From an uncultured Candidatus Cloacimonadota bacterium (GTDB lineage: Bacteria; Cloacimonadota; Cloacimonadia; Cloacimonadales; Cloacimonadaceae): a stretch of 64,000 nucleotides of DNA. Below are positions 1 through 9,220 of the stretch, piece after piece. Below the pieces are notes generated by a model that had not been told where the DNA came from, made no database searches, and saw only the letters and a program-made list of their open reading frames with translations. Location of the stretch: contig CAYSAT010000002.1 in assembly GCA_964429035.1 (NCBI GenBank), positions 26,626 through 90,625 on the forward strand. The letters are read 5' to 3'. Position numbers and translations under genes: made by a program. Within the stretch, counting starts at the first letter, position 1; every line of letters begins with the position of its first letter.

Positions 1-667
1 GTGATCCTTCTCTGAAAGAAGTCAATAGTACTAAATCCGCCGATCTGATATAATCAGGGACCCTTTCGGGATCAATTCCCTCCACTTGCCGAAGTCCAAC
101 ATTGCGTCCTTTTATCAAATCGACGGCCTGCCGGGCAAGTGAGAAATTCTTTTCTTTTCTCTGGATCCCCGCCAAAAAAAGCACATTGTCTACGTCACGG
201 GGAAAGACCGTTGCTTGTGGCTCATCATTCCAAGGACGAAAACGCTCTATATTAACTCCATTGGGAATGACAAAGATTTTTCCCCTTGTTTTCAAGGCTT
301 GCAACATATCGTTCGATTTAACTATAGTTCTCTTCCAGATATATTTAGCGAAAAACCTGGCCATCGAGGCTCTAGTGCGGGTGGACAAATCCGACCCCAT
401 CAGCGAGCATATTATTGGCAGGCCAGTCATAGCCAGCGCTGCGCTGTAACCGCAGAGAGAATAGTGGGCATGTATCAGGTCATAGTTTTTATTTCTACTT
501 GCAGCCTTTATCTTGGGTATCGCTTCCAGATAACCCCTGTAACTCGGTCTTGAAATCAATAAGTAATCAAAGTCAACACCGAGTTCCTTGATCGATTCCA
601 TTTGATTGGCTACAACAGCGGAGGCTCTGTGCAACCTGGCACCTGAAGCAATAACCAGTACCCTCAC
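1..667 (-). CDS. Glycosyltransferase family 4 (GT-B, group 1), N-terminal ~222 aa; 3' end lies beyond the window start
   Basis: Absent from the ORF track because it runs off the window. My own minus-strand translation from GTG 667-665 gives VRVLVIASGARLHRASAVVANQMESIKELGVDFDYLLISRPSYRGYLEAIPKIKAASRNKNYDLIHAHYSLCGYSAALAMTGLPIICSLMGSDL...LFLAGIQRKEKNFSLARQAVDLIKGRNVGLRQVEGIDPERVPDYIRSADLVLLTSFREGS. There is no stop down to position 1, and an in-frame TAA lies upstream at 694-692. The layout is typical of GT4 enzymes. Plus-strand ORFs 102..449 and 215..553 are its antisense shadows. Confidence 0.75.
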   Translation of the reverse strand, partial: MRVLVIASGARLHRASAVVANQMESIKELGVDFDYLLISRPSYRGYLEAIPKIKAASRNKNYDLIHAHYSLCGYSAALAMTGLPIICSLMGSDLSTRTRASMARFFAKYIWKRTIVKSNDMLQALKTRGKIFVIPNGVNIERFRPWNDEPQATVFPRDVDNVLFLAGIQRKEKNFSLARQAVDLIKGRNVGLRQVEGIDPERVPDYIRSADLVLLTSFREGS

Positions 668-753
668 AGGGCTGTCATTCCAAATCTCAGATTATGGACA
701 TGATCTGGTGCGTGAAAGCCTAATCAATGTCGATAGCATAACGAGATACTTTG

Positions 754-2517
754 TTATTTGCTTCTATTGAAGTACAAAGCATGATTTAATGGATTTGAGA
801 ATTTATGAAAGTAGCCTTCGTTTCTTTCAGCACCATTAATATCTTGAAGATTAGATTTCAATTTGTTAATATCATACAAGTAACATACGGGTTCCATTTT
901 CTGTAGTGCTTCATGTAGATACTGGACAAACCACTTATCGTAAGGAAAATTAGGCTCAGGAGGTACAATTTTATCATATAAATATACTATGCCTCTTTTC
1001 AGGAAATACATCTTTCTGTTGTGCAAAAAATCGTTTCCTGAGTATCCATTTGCGTAGTTGTATCCAAGCAACTCGGGATAAAGCTTATGGACAATGTACA
1101 TTTGAAGACTGTGTGTCCGCAATTGGTCTCTAAAACTTGGCGAGGTTCTATTGCAGAAAAACAAATTCATCTCGGACCCAAATAGCGCTTCAATAAAATC
1201 GATGTCGAAGAATGGCACCATACATCTTCCGAAGACTTTACTAAACAAAAAGATATCCTGATAATCGTGAAACGAGCCGATTAAACGAACAGCGAAATCA
1301 AACTCTGTCTGCTTCCTGCTTGACCCGGCGAATGACGTTGCTTCAATAGCAGACAAAACCTGTTGTTGATCTATCGGGTCAGGGATAAAAAACCTGTCGT
1401 TAAGCATTGAAGAGAAGACACTGCTTAAGCGCTCATTTTCGAAGTAATGCCGTCTCACATACTCGGAAATTATATAATCATTTAAGTGCACTCCTTTTAT
1501 CAAATCACCACCCATACAGCCCATAAACACCATGCTCTGATCAGAGCGCTGCTCGCGTTCTCGCTTTGCTGACTCCAGTCTATGAGCCCTATGAAGATGA
1601 ATCAACGGATTACCTAGATTTATCACATTATCCACCATTTGGGAATATTGTGCCGCAGTAATATTATTATATGTGTGATTTTTATAATTCAGTTTTAGAC
1701 CATAGGCTATTCTGGACGATGCTTCAACATCCCTGCTTCTAGATGAACCGAAGGTAAAGCAATTAGGTCTAATACCTAGGCTTAAAAGCGCAGCCAGTAT
1801 AGCTCTGGTATCCCCTCCGCCTGTTAGGGTCATTGTCACTGCATCCGTGTCGAAAAACATCAAATAGTTTTTTATTGTTTGTAGGAATACTTCGACTAAA
1901 TGATCAGAAGAACATCGGTGGTTGGAACTCAAACCATAAAATCGTTCTGGTGACAAATCGTATGTATACTTTTCAATGATTTTATCCCCAACTAAGGCAT
2001 ATGATGTTCCCATCTTCAATACGGAGATCCCCTTATAGGGTGTCGTGCCGATGAAATGCTGGAAGAAATCATGTTGAGCCAAAGCTTCCGCATCTATAGT
2101 AAAGCCCCCGTGACTAATCAAAGTCAAATCATTCGTAATAATCCCATTCTGGGCCGAGTAAAACACTTTGTACAAACCAAGATGGTCAGTTAGAACCGAT
2201 AAAGAACCCTCAAACATCAAAATAATCACATATATGCCTTTTATCCTCCTATAGATATCTTCTATGCCATTATGAAAGAATTCACCTATCAAACCTGTAA
2301 TATCCCGGTTTTGATCCAGTTCGAAATAACCGTTCCTAGGCAATAGATACCCATCAGTAAAAATAAATATGTCATTCTGATCGTCATCACTTGATAATTC
2401 TGACTCACCTTGATAGAGTAATACATAATCTCCAAATCTCTTAACCTGAAATTCAAATAGACTTTGGCACATTCTACGATAATAACCTTCATTGCATATC
2501 AGCCATCGATTATTCAT
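754..2517 (-). CDS. Asparagine-synthetase-like (PP-loop ATP-pyrophosphatase) amidoligase lacking the N-terminal Cys nucleophile
   Basis: ORF 754..2673. I place the start at ATG 2517 (MNNRWLICNEGYY), which is preceded by GAGGAAAGA and overlaps the upstream stop by 8 nt. The TTG at 2673 would overlap the upstream CDS by 164 nt. AsnB-like layout with the PP-loop variant LTGGGDTRAIL (SGGxDS-like). Residue 2 is Asn, not Cys. Confidence 0.65.
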   Translation of the reverse strand: MNNRWLICNEGYYRRMCQSLFEFQVKRFGDYVLLYQGESELSSDDDQNDIFIFTDGYLLPRNGYFELDQNRDITGLIGEFFHNGIEDIYRRIKGIYVIILMFEGSLSVLTDHLGLYKVFYSAQNGIITNDLTLISHGGFTIDAEALAQHDFFQHFIGTTPYKGISVLKMGTSYALVGDKIIEKYTYDLSPERFYGLSSNHRCSSDHLVEVFLQTIKNYLMFFDTDAVTMTLTGGGDTRAILAALLSLGIRPNCFTFGSSRSRDVEASSRIAYGLKLNYKNHTYNNITAAQYSQMVDNVINLGNPLIHLHRAHRLESAKREREQRSDQSMVFMGCMGGDLIKGVHLNDYIISEYVRRHYFENERLSSVFSSMLNDRFFIPDPIDQQQVLSAIEATSFAGSSRKQTEFDFAVRLIGSFHDYQDIFLFSKVFGRCMVPFFDIDFIEALFGSEMNLFFCNRTSPSFRDQLRTHSLQMYIVHKLYPELLGYNYANGYSGNDFLHNRKMYFLKRGIVYLYDKIVPPEPNFPYDKWFVQYLHEALQKMEPVCYLYDINKLKSNLQDINGAERNEGYFHKFSNPLNHALYFNRSK

Positions 2518-3559
2518 TCTTTCCTCTTGACAAAGATAGGGCATCTTCCAAGCGTAGGGAAAATGATAAATTTTTATTGAAACTACCTTCCTCATACAGC
2601 CACATACCATCGAAAAAAAGCAACCTTCCTGGCGTTCCGTTTTTCTCGCAGATATGATCCTGAACATGGCCAAAAACAGTTTGAAGCTCGTTCACAAGGT
2701 ATCTTCCGTCATGTTCAAAGCAATCCATAGACATACAACGAAAACTATGCTCATCGCAGATAGATTTAAAGAAATCCATAAGTTCCAGGGGGGGTAGGTC
2801 ATACCGAATGAGCTTTGTTCCGCTGGCCTTGGTTCCGGTTTTCATCTTTTTATGACCAAAATAACTGTCCCCGATCCTAACAAGCCTCCATTCATAATCG
2901 TGAGCGATAAATTCTTGAAGAATTATAAAACGTCTTTCTTTATCACGAGAAATCCGTAAATACTTTTTGGCTTTATCCACTCTCTGATCTTTGCTTCTTA
3001 AAACCCTATATGCTCTCTTCAACAAAGACCCCATCCGTAAGTTAGGCCCCGAATATCTTGTAACTCCCCGGTTAAAAGAGTTATTTATATACTTAACAAG
3101 ATTATGCTTCGTCTTGATGAATTTAACCCCAGATCCAGAAGCACCAATATTGGATTTCGCTACTATAGGAAACTTTGTTAAGCTATCTGCGAATTGCAGC
3201 GCTTCGTCGTTCCTATAAAAGACATAGGTTTCTGCGTGAGGGATATCGTTGACTGTCAACCAATCCGACAAATACCGCTTATTTTCATGAAGTCTGATTT
3301 CATTCATAGTCGGATAGATATACCGCTTTAATTCCCTGTCAATAAAACTCAGTTTTTCATCGTATAATTGCTTAGCTACTGATATTTCTCCCGATGGACA
3401 TGCTAATAAGATATCGTACATGGGACTCACCTGAAGTTGCTTAAGCCACTCATTAGAGGAAAGATCTATTGTGTCAACTGCCAGGCCTTTATCAGCACAG
3501 GCAATTAGCCACATTCTATAAGCAGTATCATTATCACTTTTTAGTACAGCTATTCTCAT
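2510..3559 (-). CDS. ATP-grasp domain protein (RimK/Ddl-like carboxylate-amine ligase)
   Basis: 349 aa; ATG 3559 preceded by GAGGAG. FPIVAKSNIGASGSGVKFIK and IILQEFI..DYEWRLVRIGDSYFGHKK resemble the ATP-grasp nucleotide-binding subdomains. Confidence 0.7.
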   Translation of the reverse strand: MRIAVLKSDNDTAYRMWLIACADKGLAVDTIDLSSNEWLKQLQVSPMYDILLACPSGEISVAKQLYDEKLSFIDRELKRYIYPTMNEIRLHENKRYLSDWLTVNDIPHAETYVFYRNDEALQFADSLTKFPIVAKSNIGASGSGVKFIKTKHNLVKYINNSFNRGVTRYSGPNLRMGSLLKRAYRVLRSKDQRVDKAKKYLRISRDKERRFIILQEFIAHDYEWRLVRIGDSYFGHKKMKTGTKASGTKLIRYDLPPLELMDFFKSICDEHSFRCMSMDCFEHDGRYLVNELQTVFGHVQDHICEKNGTPGRLLFFDGMWLYEEGSFNKNLSFSLRLEDALSLSRGKNE

Positions 3560-3769
3560 ATATTCTCCTCTATTCCCTTAAAAACGATAAAAAGGTACAT
3601 GAAGCCTACATTTATTGTATCAAGTCACTAAGATGTTTGATAGACTGAGTATTATATCTGACTAGCGTCTAATCTCTGTGCTAGACGAACCAATCTCATG
3701 ATAGGGAGATAAACCCATAACATTTATATTCAAAAGGAGGATTTACTCGTACATTCTGATCAACAAATA

Positions 3770-4921
3770 TCATTTCCTTTGTTTAACATCTTCTACTAAT
3801 TCAATACTCTCCAGTGTTGAGGTAGCCCAATAATTCAAAGACATACATCTCAGCAGATTCAAGAGAACTCTTTGCTTCATTCTAGGCAATGTCCTTTGCG
3901 TAATTTTCAGTCTTTTCAATATCGCATATTCAATCCTGTGCCGTGATTGAAGTAACCGGATAAGGTACTCTTGTCTATTCTGGAAGATCTTCTGCCAAAG
4001 AGATTCTAGTATCACTGGATTTTGCACCTGACATGCCAACTCTTGTTGATGCTTCTGAAAGTCAATCTGCTCGATTTGATTCGCTAACCGAACTTGTGAG
4101 TAATCGCTATGAGTTATTATGGGTTGTAGTGTAAACTCACTGTGCTCAGGATAAAAATCTATAACAGCTAATGCGCCTGTAAACCAATCGTATTTTTTTT
4201 GTTTGACCATAGATAAAGCATACAGATTACCAAGTCCATAGAACAACGCTTTGCCTTGTCTAATCTCGTAACTGCTATAAGCATGGGAATGATGTGCAAT
4301 TATTGCGTCTACCCCTAAGTCTGCCAGAAAGCGAAAGAGTTTTACCATCGGTGGAGTGGGATAATGCACATACTCAATGCCGCCATGATATATTACGATC
4401 AGTTTATCTACTTGCGAGCGTATTTTTTGTATCTGATTGAATGAGTCAATGAAATCAAAAGGATTTGCACCAGGTAGATCAGTATTTGCTATATTGAATT
4501 CCCTCTCACAGTAATTTAAAAAAACAATCTTCCAGCCTCCTATATCCGTTCTCAAGGGAGCAGCAGCAATTTCTGAGTCTCTTCCAGCTCCGACTGTATC
4601 CAATCCGGATTCATGACAGACCTGTAGAGTGTCTCTTACACCTTGTCCGCCGAAATCACGTATATGATTGTTGGCTAAGGTAACACAATTAATCCCAGCA
4701 TCTTTAAGAACCTGAGCTTGCTTAGGATTGATTTTAAAGTTTCGGCCTGTTTTTTTTATGCATTTATCATACATTGTCAAAGGTGCCTCTAGATTTACTA
4801 TAGCGTAGTCTGCGCTATGTAGATAGTTACTAATCTGCTCTGAAAAGGGATTGCGTATTGAACCAGGACTTGGGAAATAATCACCCCCGATTACTATTCT
4901 TATACGCTCTTTTTTTTTCAT
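3770..4921 (-). CDS. CapA-family (PGA_cap) metallophosphatase-fold protein
   Basis: 383 aa. IVIGGDYFP, NLEAPLT, TLANNHIRDFG, VIYHGGIEY and IIAHHSHAY match the CapA/poly-gamma-glutamate capsule family pattern. Confidence 0.75.
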   Translation of the reverse strand: MKKKERIRIVIGGDYFPSPGSIRNPFSEQISNYLHSADYAIVNLEAPLTMYDKCIKKTGRNFKINPKQAQVLKDAGINCVTLANNHIRDFGGQGVRDTLQVCHESGLDTVGAGRDSEIAAAPLRTDIGGWKIVFLNYCEREFNIANTDLPGANPFDFIDSFNQIQKIRSQVDKLIVIYHGGIEYVHYPTPPMVKLFRFLADLGVDAIIAHHSHAYSSYEIRQGKALFYGLGNLYALSMVKQKKYDWFTGALAVIDFYPEHSEFTLQPIITHSDYSQVRLANQIEQIDFQKHQQELACQVQNPVILESLWQKIFQNRQEYLIRLLQSRHRIEYAILKRLKITQRTLPRMKQRVLLNLLRCMSLNYWATSTLESIELVEDVKQRK

Positions 4922-4935
4922 TATTGTAAAATTAA

Positions 4936-5577
4936 TTACCTTTTAACGACCTTAACGGCATCAAAAGCTTCAGCATAATCTGCGTTACATTGGCACCCTC
5001 TATACTGAGCTAATGCCCTTGTACCGTAGATGATTTGATTATTGTACTTCGTAATTACCTGACTCTTATGTTGTTGGCAGGCAAGTTCTTTCTGTTCATA
5101 GTAGTTACTAATATCCACATAGTAATTGACTTCGGCAGATATGTTCCCAACTCGTGGTAAAGGGATTTGCTCGAATAAGAAAATTCTATCTATATGTCTG
5201 GCTGCTGCAAGTACAGTTCTAAGTGTATTAATATGGTCCTGATGAGAATCTCCACTCCAATGTGTATAAACAGTATCTATCCGTAAGTTAACGATTAACT
5301 TTTCTACTTCGAATACAGATTCCTTGTTAAATGGTATCTCTTGATCTATAAAATGTAATATTTTTAAATTTGCCCCAATAATATCTGCAGATTGTTTGGC
5401 TTCTCTCAGGCTTTCTTGAGCTTTTCTAATCAGTTTACCATTAATATTTTTACAGTCAGAGCAACTCATATGTAAGATTGTAACATTATCACCTTGGTGA
5501 ACATGTTTTATCAAGGTTCCTCCGCATCCAAATTCAACATCATCCGGATGCGCACCAATTGCCAGTATTCTATTCAT
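4936..5577 (-). CDS. PIG-L/LmbE-family N-acetylglucosaminyl deacetylase
   Basis: 213 aa. ILAIGAHPDDVEFGCGGTLIKH and SHQDH are the AHPDD / HxDH zinc-deacetylase signatures. Confidence 0.85.
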   Translation of the reverse strand: MNRILAIGAHPDDVEFGCGGTLIKHVHQGDNVTILHMSCSDCKNINGKLIRKAQESLREAKQSADIIGANLKILHFIDQEIPFNKESVFEVEKLIVNLRIDTVYTHWSGDSHQDHINTLRTVLAAARHIDRIFLFEQIPLPRVGNISAEVNYYVDISNYYEQKELACQQHKSQVITKYNNQIIYGTRALAQYRGCQCNADYAEAFDAVKVVKR

Positions 5578-5597
5578 ACAGCCTTATCCATCAATAT

Positions 5598-6515
5598 TCA
5601 AAAGTTGTAAGGTTTTTCGTTTGTTGCAACTATTCTTGCAGGATTCCCGTAAACAGTAACATTATCTGGAAAGGATTTAGTAACCACTGAACCCATTCCA
5701 ATAACAACGTTCTTTCCAATTTTACATTCGTTTCTTACAACTGAGTGTGCTCCGACATAGGTATTCTCTCCCAAACAAACGCTCCCACATATTACGCTAT
5801 TTGCTGTAATCACCACATTTTTTCCAATATCTGAATTATGTCCTATCTGACACATTGCATCTATTTTACAACCAGTCCGTATTATCGTACTTGATAAAGT
5901 TCCTCTTCCTACAATCGTCGCCGCATAAATCTCGACATTATCTTCAATGATTACATTCCCAATCTGCGGAAACATTTCAACTGAGTTGTCATTTCTTCGA
6001 ATCGGACCGAAGTCCTCGGAACCAATAATACATAACTGGTGTATTTTTACATTCTGACCAATAACTGTTCTATCACCAATAATCGCGCTGGATTCGATTC
6101 TGCTGTTTTCTCCTATCTGGCAATCGCCAACTATACATCTTTCCCCAATATGCACTGATGGATGTATTCTCGCATCTTTGTCCAGTATAGCTGACTCAGC
6201 TATTAACTCATCATTTCCAGGAATGCTGAAAAAGTGTTTCACTGTGTGGACAAAATCCAATTTTGCTTGAGAAGAAAATATCATCATTTTACTTTTATGG
6301 CCTGCTGTATATTCTTTCAAACTGTCATTGATGATGAATAAAGTCTCATCTCCAAAAAGGTCTATATAAGATAAAAGAGTTTTGTCATTCTTATATATGT
6401 ATGTTAGGGTATTGTTGCCCGGGTCGAAAATCGAACTAACACGCAAGATCTGAAATGCTTTTTTATTCGTTGTATCTAAATCGAGGTAATCGCTAACATC
6501 AGTACTGCACACCAT
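5598..6515 (-). CDS. Left-handed beta-helix N-acyltransferase, LpxD-like
   Basis: 305 aa; ATG 6515 preceded by AGGAG. It has a non-repeat N-terminal domain, then many hexapeptide repeats (IGERCIVGDCQIGENSRIESSAIIGDRTVIGQNVKI...) with QIGHNSDIGKNVVI (catalytic-His context as in LpxD). It ends in VYGNPARIV. Confidence 0.7.
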   Translation of the reverse strand: MVCSTDVSDYLDLDTTNKKAFQILRVSSIFDPGNNTLTYIYKNDKTLLSYIDLFGDETLFIINDSLKEYTAGHKSKMMIFSSQAKLDFVHTVKHFFSIPGNDELIAESAILDKDARIHPSVHIGERCIVGDCQIGENSRIESSAIIGDRTVIGQNVKIHQLCIIGSEDFGPIRRNDNSVEMFPQIGNVIIEDNVEIYAATIVGRGTLSSTIIRTGCKIDAMCQIGHNSDIGKNVVITANSVICGSVCLGENTYVGAHSVVRNECKIGKNVVIGMGSVVTKSFPDNVTVYGNPARIVATNEKPYNF

Positions 6516-6523
6516 GTTTTCTC

Positions 6524-7723
6524 CTATACAATGTTATGGTAAATTCTGGACATAGATTGCATATATGTATATATAGAGTACTTTCTTATTGCCTTTTCTG
6601 CTGCAGTTTTTGCTTTATCAAGATAATACTGGTAATCACGGTATATTTTGTAAACTGCATTACTTAAATCAGCTGTGTCTTTTGTTTTAAATATGTTGGT
6701 CAGGTTTTCTTGATCCGATAACTCCTGAAACACCTCCAAGTCATTGACTAGTGTAACCGTGCCACTAATAATGGATTCTATCACAGCAATTCCAAATGTC
6801 TCATCTAGTGAACTGTAAACAAATAAGTCCAAACTGGCCAGTATATCAGGAATATCCGTCCTTGAGCCTAAAAAGAAGACTTTGTCTGACATATGCTTAC
6901 TTACTATAAACTCCTTGCATTGCTCAAACACTTTATCATCAGTTTTTCCAATGAATACAAAATACGCTCGGGGAATCTGCATTAAGATATATGGTAAACT
7001 ATAACATATCGTTAATTGGTCGCGTCCAGAAGAAATGCTATCTCCTCTACCGACAAAGTTCCCTACCATACCCATTAGAAAAGAATCATTAGGTAGTCCA
7101 AGTTCTTTTTTTAAAACTGATTTACCTGAATTGAGGTAATCAACGTCGATACCATTATACACAATTATAGGATTTTGTATTTCTTCAATCTTTGAATCTT
7201 TTACGAATCGTCTCTTATATGAGTTGCTCACAAAAATATTAACCTGTGCATATTTGGATGCGACCCAGTAATAGAACGTTTTGTAATGGTGTTTGATTAG
7301 TCCCATCATACCAATATATGATCCTAGATATCCATGGTTTGTGTAAACGACCTTCACCTTCGTAAATAGAGAGGTAAGAATGGCACAAACACACAGTAAG
7401 GGATTATGGGCGTGTATTATTTGTATATGGTTATCTTTTGTGAATTTAATTAACTTAATAATATAGATTATGCTAGCACTTTTTCTTGGAATAAGCCCCA
7501 TTTGCACGCTTGATTGTTTAAATTGACCGCCCAGATTACCATCTTGGTTATAAACAACGAAGTATTTGATACCGAACTGCTTAGCATATTTCAGACTGTT
7601 TAGAACCAGTATTTCATATCCTCCTGTAGATAAACTGCCTATGAGTTGCAAAACACGCATGTAATTAGTCTGATCTAAAAATGTATGGTCGCCGCAGCTT
7701 GCAATGTTATTGATTAACTCCAT
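6524..7723 (-). CDS. Glycosyltransferase family 4
   Basis: 399 aa; GT-B layout with an E-x7-E motif (DETFGIAVIESIISG) in the C-terminal half. Confidence 0.8.
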   Translation of the reverse strand: MELINNIASCGDHTFLDQTNYMRVLQLIGSLSTGGYEILVLNSLKYAKQFGIKYFVVYNQDGNLGGQFKQSSVQMGLIPRKSASIIYIIKLIKFTKDNHIQIIHAHNPLLCVCAILTSLFTKVKVVYTNHGYLGSYIGMMGLIKHHYKTFYYWVASKYAQVNIFVSNSYKRRFVKDSKIEEIQNPIIVYNGIDVDYLNSGKSVLKKELGLPNDSFLMGMVGNFVGRGDSISSGRDQLTICYSLPYILMQIPRAYFVFIGKTDDKVFEQCKEFIVSKHMSDKVFFLGSRTDIPDILASLDLFVYSSLDETFGIAVIESIISGTVTLVNDLEVFQELSDQENLTNIFKTKDTADLSNAVYKIYRDYQYYLDKAKTAAEKAIRKYSIYTYMQSMSRIYHNIV

Positions 7724-7765
7724 CTATCATATTACCATATTAGGCATTAATGTAACACCTATAAC

Positions 7766-9220
7766 TTAAACCTTTAGCAATTGGTTTGTATCAGTTGACA
7801 TCCTAGACTCATCATCTTGGACAGATAAAATATGTATTAGATAGAAGAATATGGATAAAGACAATGCTTCGTCGACCGGAAAGGAGTATAAAAACACCGT
7901 TGTGCTCGTACCGACAAGTATGAAAGATATGATGCCAAACATACAAGGATACAAATAAGTTTTCTTCTTCGCTCGTATGACAGATATGATATGTATTATG
8001 GCACCTAAGAGAAAGACAATATAGAATATAAAACCAACTACACCGCCATTTAGCAATAGGGTCGGTATTCCCACGTGATCGTTGGCATACTGGTAATATT
8101 CGGGTGAAAATCCAAATCCTATGACCGGACTTTCGTAGAATTTTGCCATCACTGCCGGAGTATACTCCGTAATTCTGGCCAGTGTTCCTCCTGCTGTTAG
8201 ATCACCTTCCAACAGCAATTGAACGGTCATTATTCGACCATAAGAACGGAACACTTGATTACGAACAAAGGGTATTGAAAACAAGATGATTGTCATAATG
8301 CCCAAGTACGATACTGTTTTGAAAATGGTGGACCTGAAATAGAAAGCTGAAAAACCTAACAAAAAAGCTGCAGCTACGGTCCAACCCCTGCTTGCACTGA
8401 GGATTAATCCAAATACACTCACGAATACGATTACACTTAGATAGAAGCGGGAAAACGGTGATCGACCCTTGATCAGCATGGACAGTGACATTGTTAACGT
8501 AATCAGCAAGGTATAGACTCCATAAACCGATCGCGAATAACCGGTACTGGTAACGAATATATTCATCATGGAATACTCGTCACCTCTTTTTGTCATTCTC
8601 ATATCACCCAAATACGATGCAATTGGGCTACCTGTGAAGCGATCGAATAGTTGTGAGATGAATAGGATCAGGATAGAAACGAAAAGTAGATTCATCAACG
8701 AATATAACGATTCTTTCGTCATTATCTTGGGAATGGCAACAAAGAGGAATATCGGAAAAAGATAACGAGTTGATTTCAACACGCCAATTAGTGAGGATCC
8801 AAACAATAATCCCTGCAGCAATAAAAATATAGTATAAATGATGATTAACCATATCGAAGTATGATAGAAAACATGTGACCTCCTCCCATATATTAAAGCA
8901 TAGACTAAAAGAGCCACAGTCATGATCTCAGAATATCTAACGTCCCGGCCGAAAAAGGGCAGATTAATCTGTGGCAGACAAAAATTGGTCATAGCATGAA
9001 GTAGGTATCCAGGGCTGTTTAACACCAGTAAAAATAGAGCCAGCCAAAAATACATTTTATTTAATTTAACAAAAAACAAACATGGAATCAGAGCCCAGAA
9101 AAACATATTACCTAAGATAGAGGGTATATAATACCTTACTAGGACCAACACAAAGAATGCAGCAATGAACTTGAATGCATCGTTGCGAAGAGCTAAACTC
9201 ATTGTCTGCCAATCAATCAC
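7766..9220 (-). CDS. O-antigen polymerase/ligase-family (Wzy-like) polytopic membrane protein
   Basis: 484 aa, almost entirely hydrophobic segments (>=10 predicted TM helices) with a larger loop around SASRGWTVAAAF. It sits between glycosyltransferases. GTG 9220 overlaps the upstream stop (GTGA); ATG 9202 (MSLALRND) is an alternative start. Confidence 0.6.
   Translation of the reverse strand: MIDWQTMSLALRNDAFKFIAAFFVLVLVRYYIPSILGNMFFWALIPCLFFVKLNKMYFWLALFLLVLNSPGYLLHAMTNFCLPQINLPFFGRDVRYSEIMTVALLVYALIYGRRSHVFYHTSIWLIIIYTIFLLLQGLLFGSSLIGVLKSTRYLFPIFLFVAIPKIMTKESLYSLMNLLFVSILILFISQLFDRFTGSPIASYLGDMRMTKRGDEYSMMNIFVTSTGYSRSVYGVYTLLITLTMSLSMLIKGRSPFSRFYLSVIVFVSVFGLILSASRGWTVAAAFLLGFSAFYFRSTIFKTVSYLGIMTIILFSIPFVRNQVFRSYGRIMTVQLLLEGDLTAGGTLARITEYTPAVMAKFYESPVIGFGFSPEYYQYANDHVGIPTLLLNGGVVGFIFYIVFLLGAIIHIISVIRAKKKTYLYPCMFGIISFILVGTSTTVFLYSFPVDEALSLSIFFYLIHILSVQDDESRMSTDTNQLLKV

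Noticed and set aside
102-553. Plus-strand ORFs 102..449 and 215..553 at the window start
   Set aside because: The minus strand carries an uninterrupted GT4 N-terminal reading frame (1..667) with good family features. The plus-strand ORFs are shadows.
754-2673. Long-start versions of several ORFs (754..2673, 26723..28228, 30336..31466, 39147..40175, 41659..41937, 42701..44233, 51630..52817)
   Set aside because: The long forms overlap the upstream CDS by 30-160 nt or add residues not found in paralogs. Internal ATG starts with Shine-Dalgarno motifs or ATGA/short-gap coupling fit better. The stop coordinates are unaffected.
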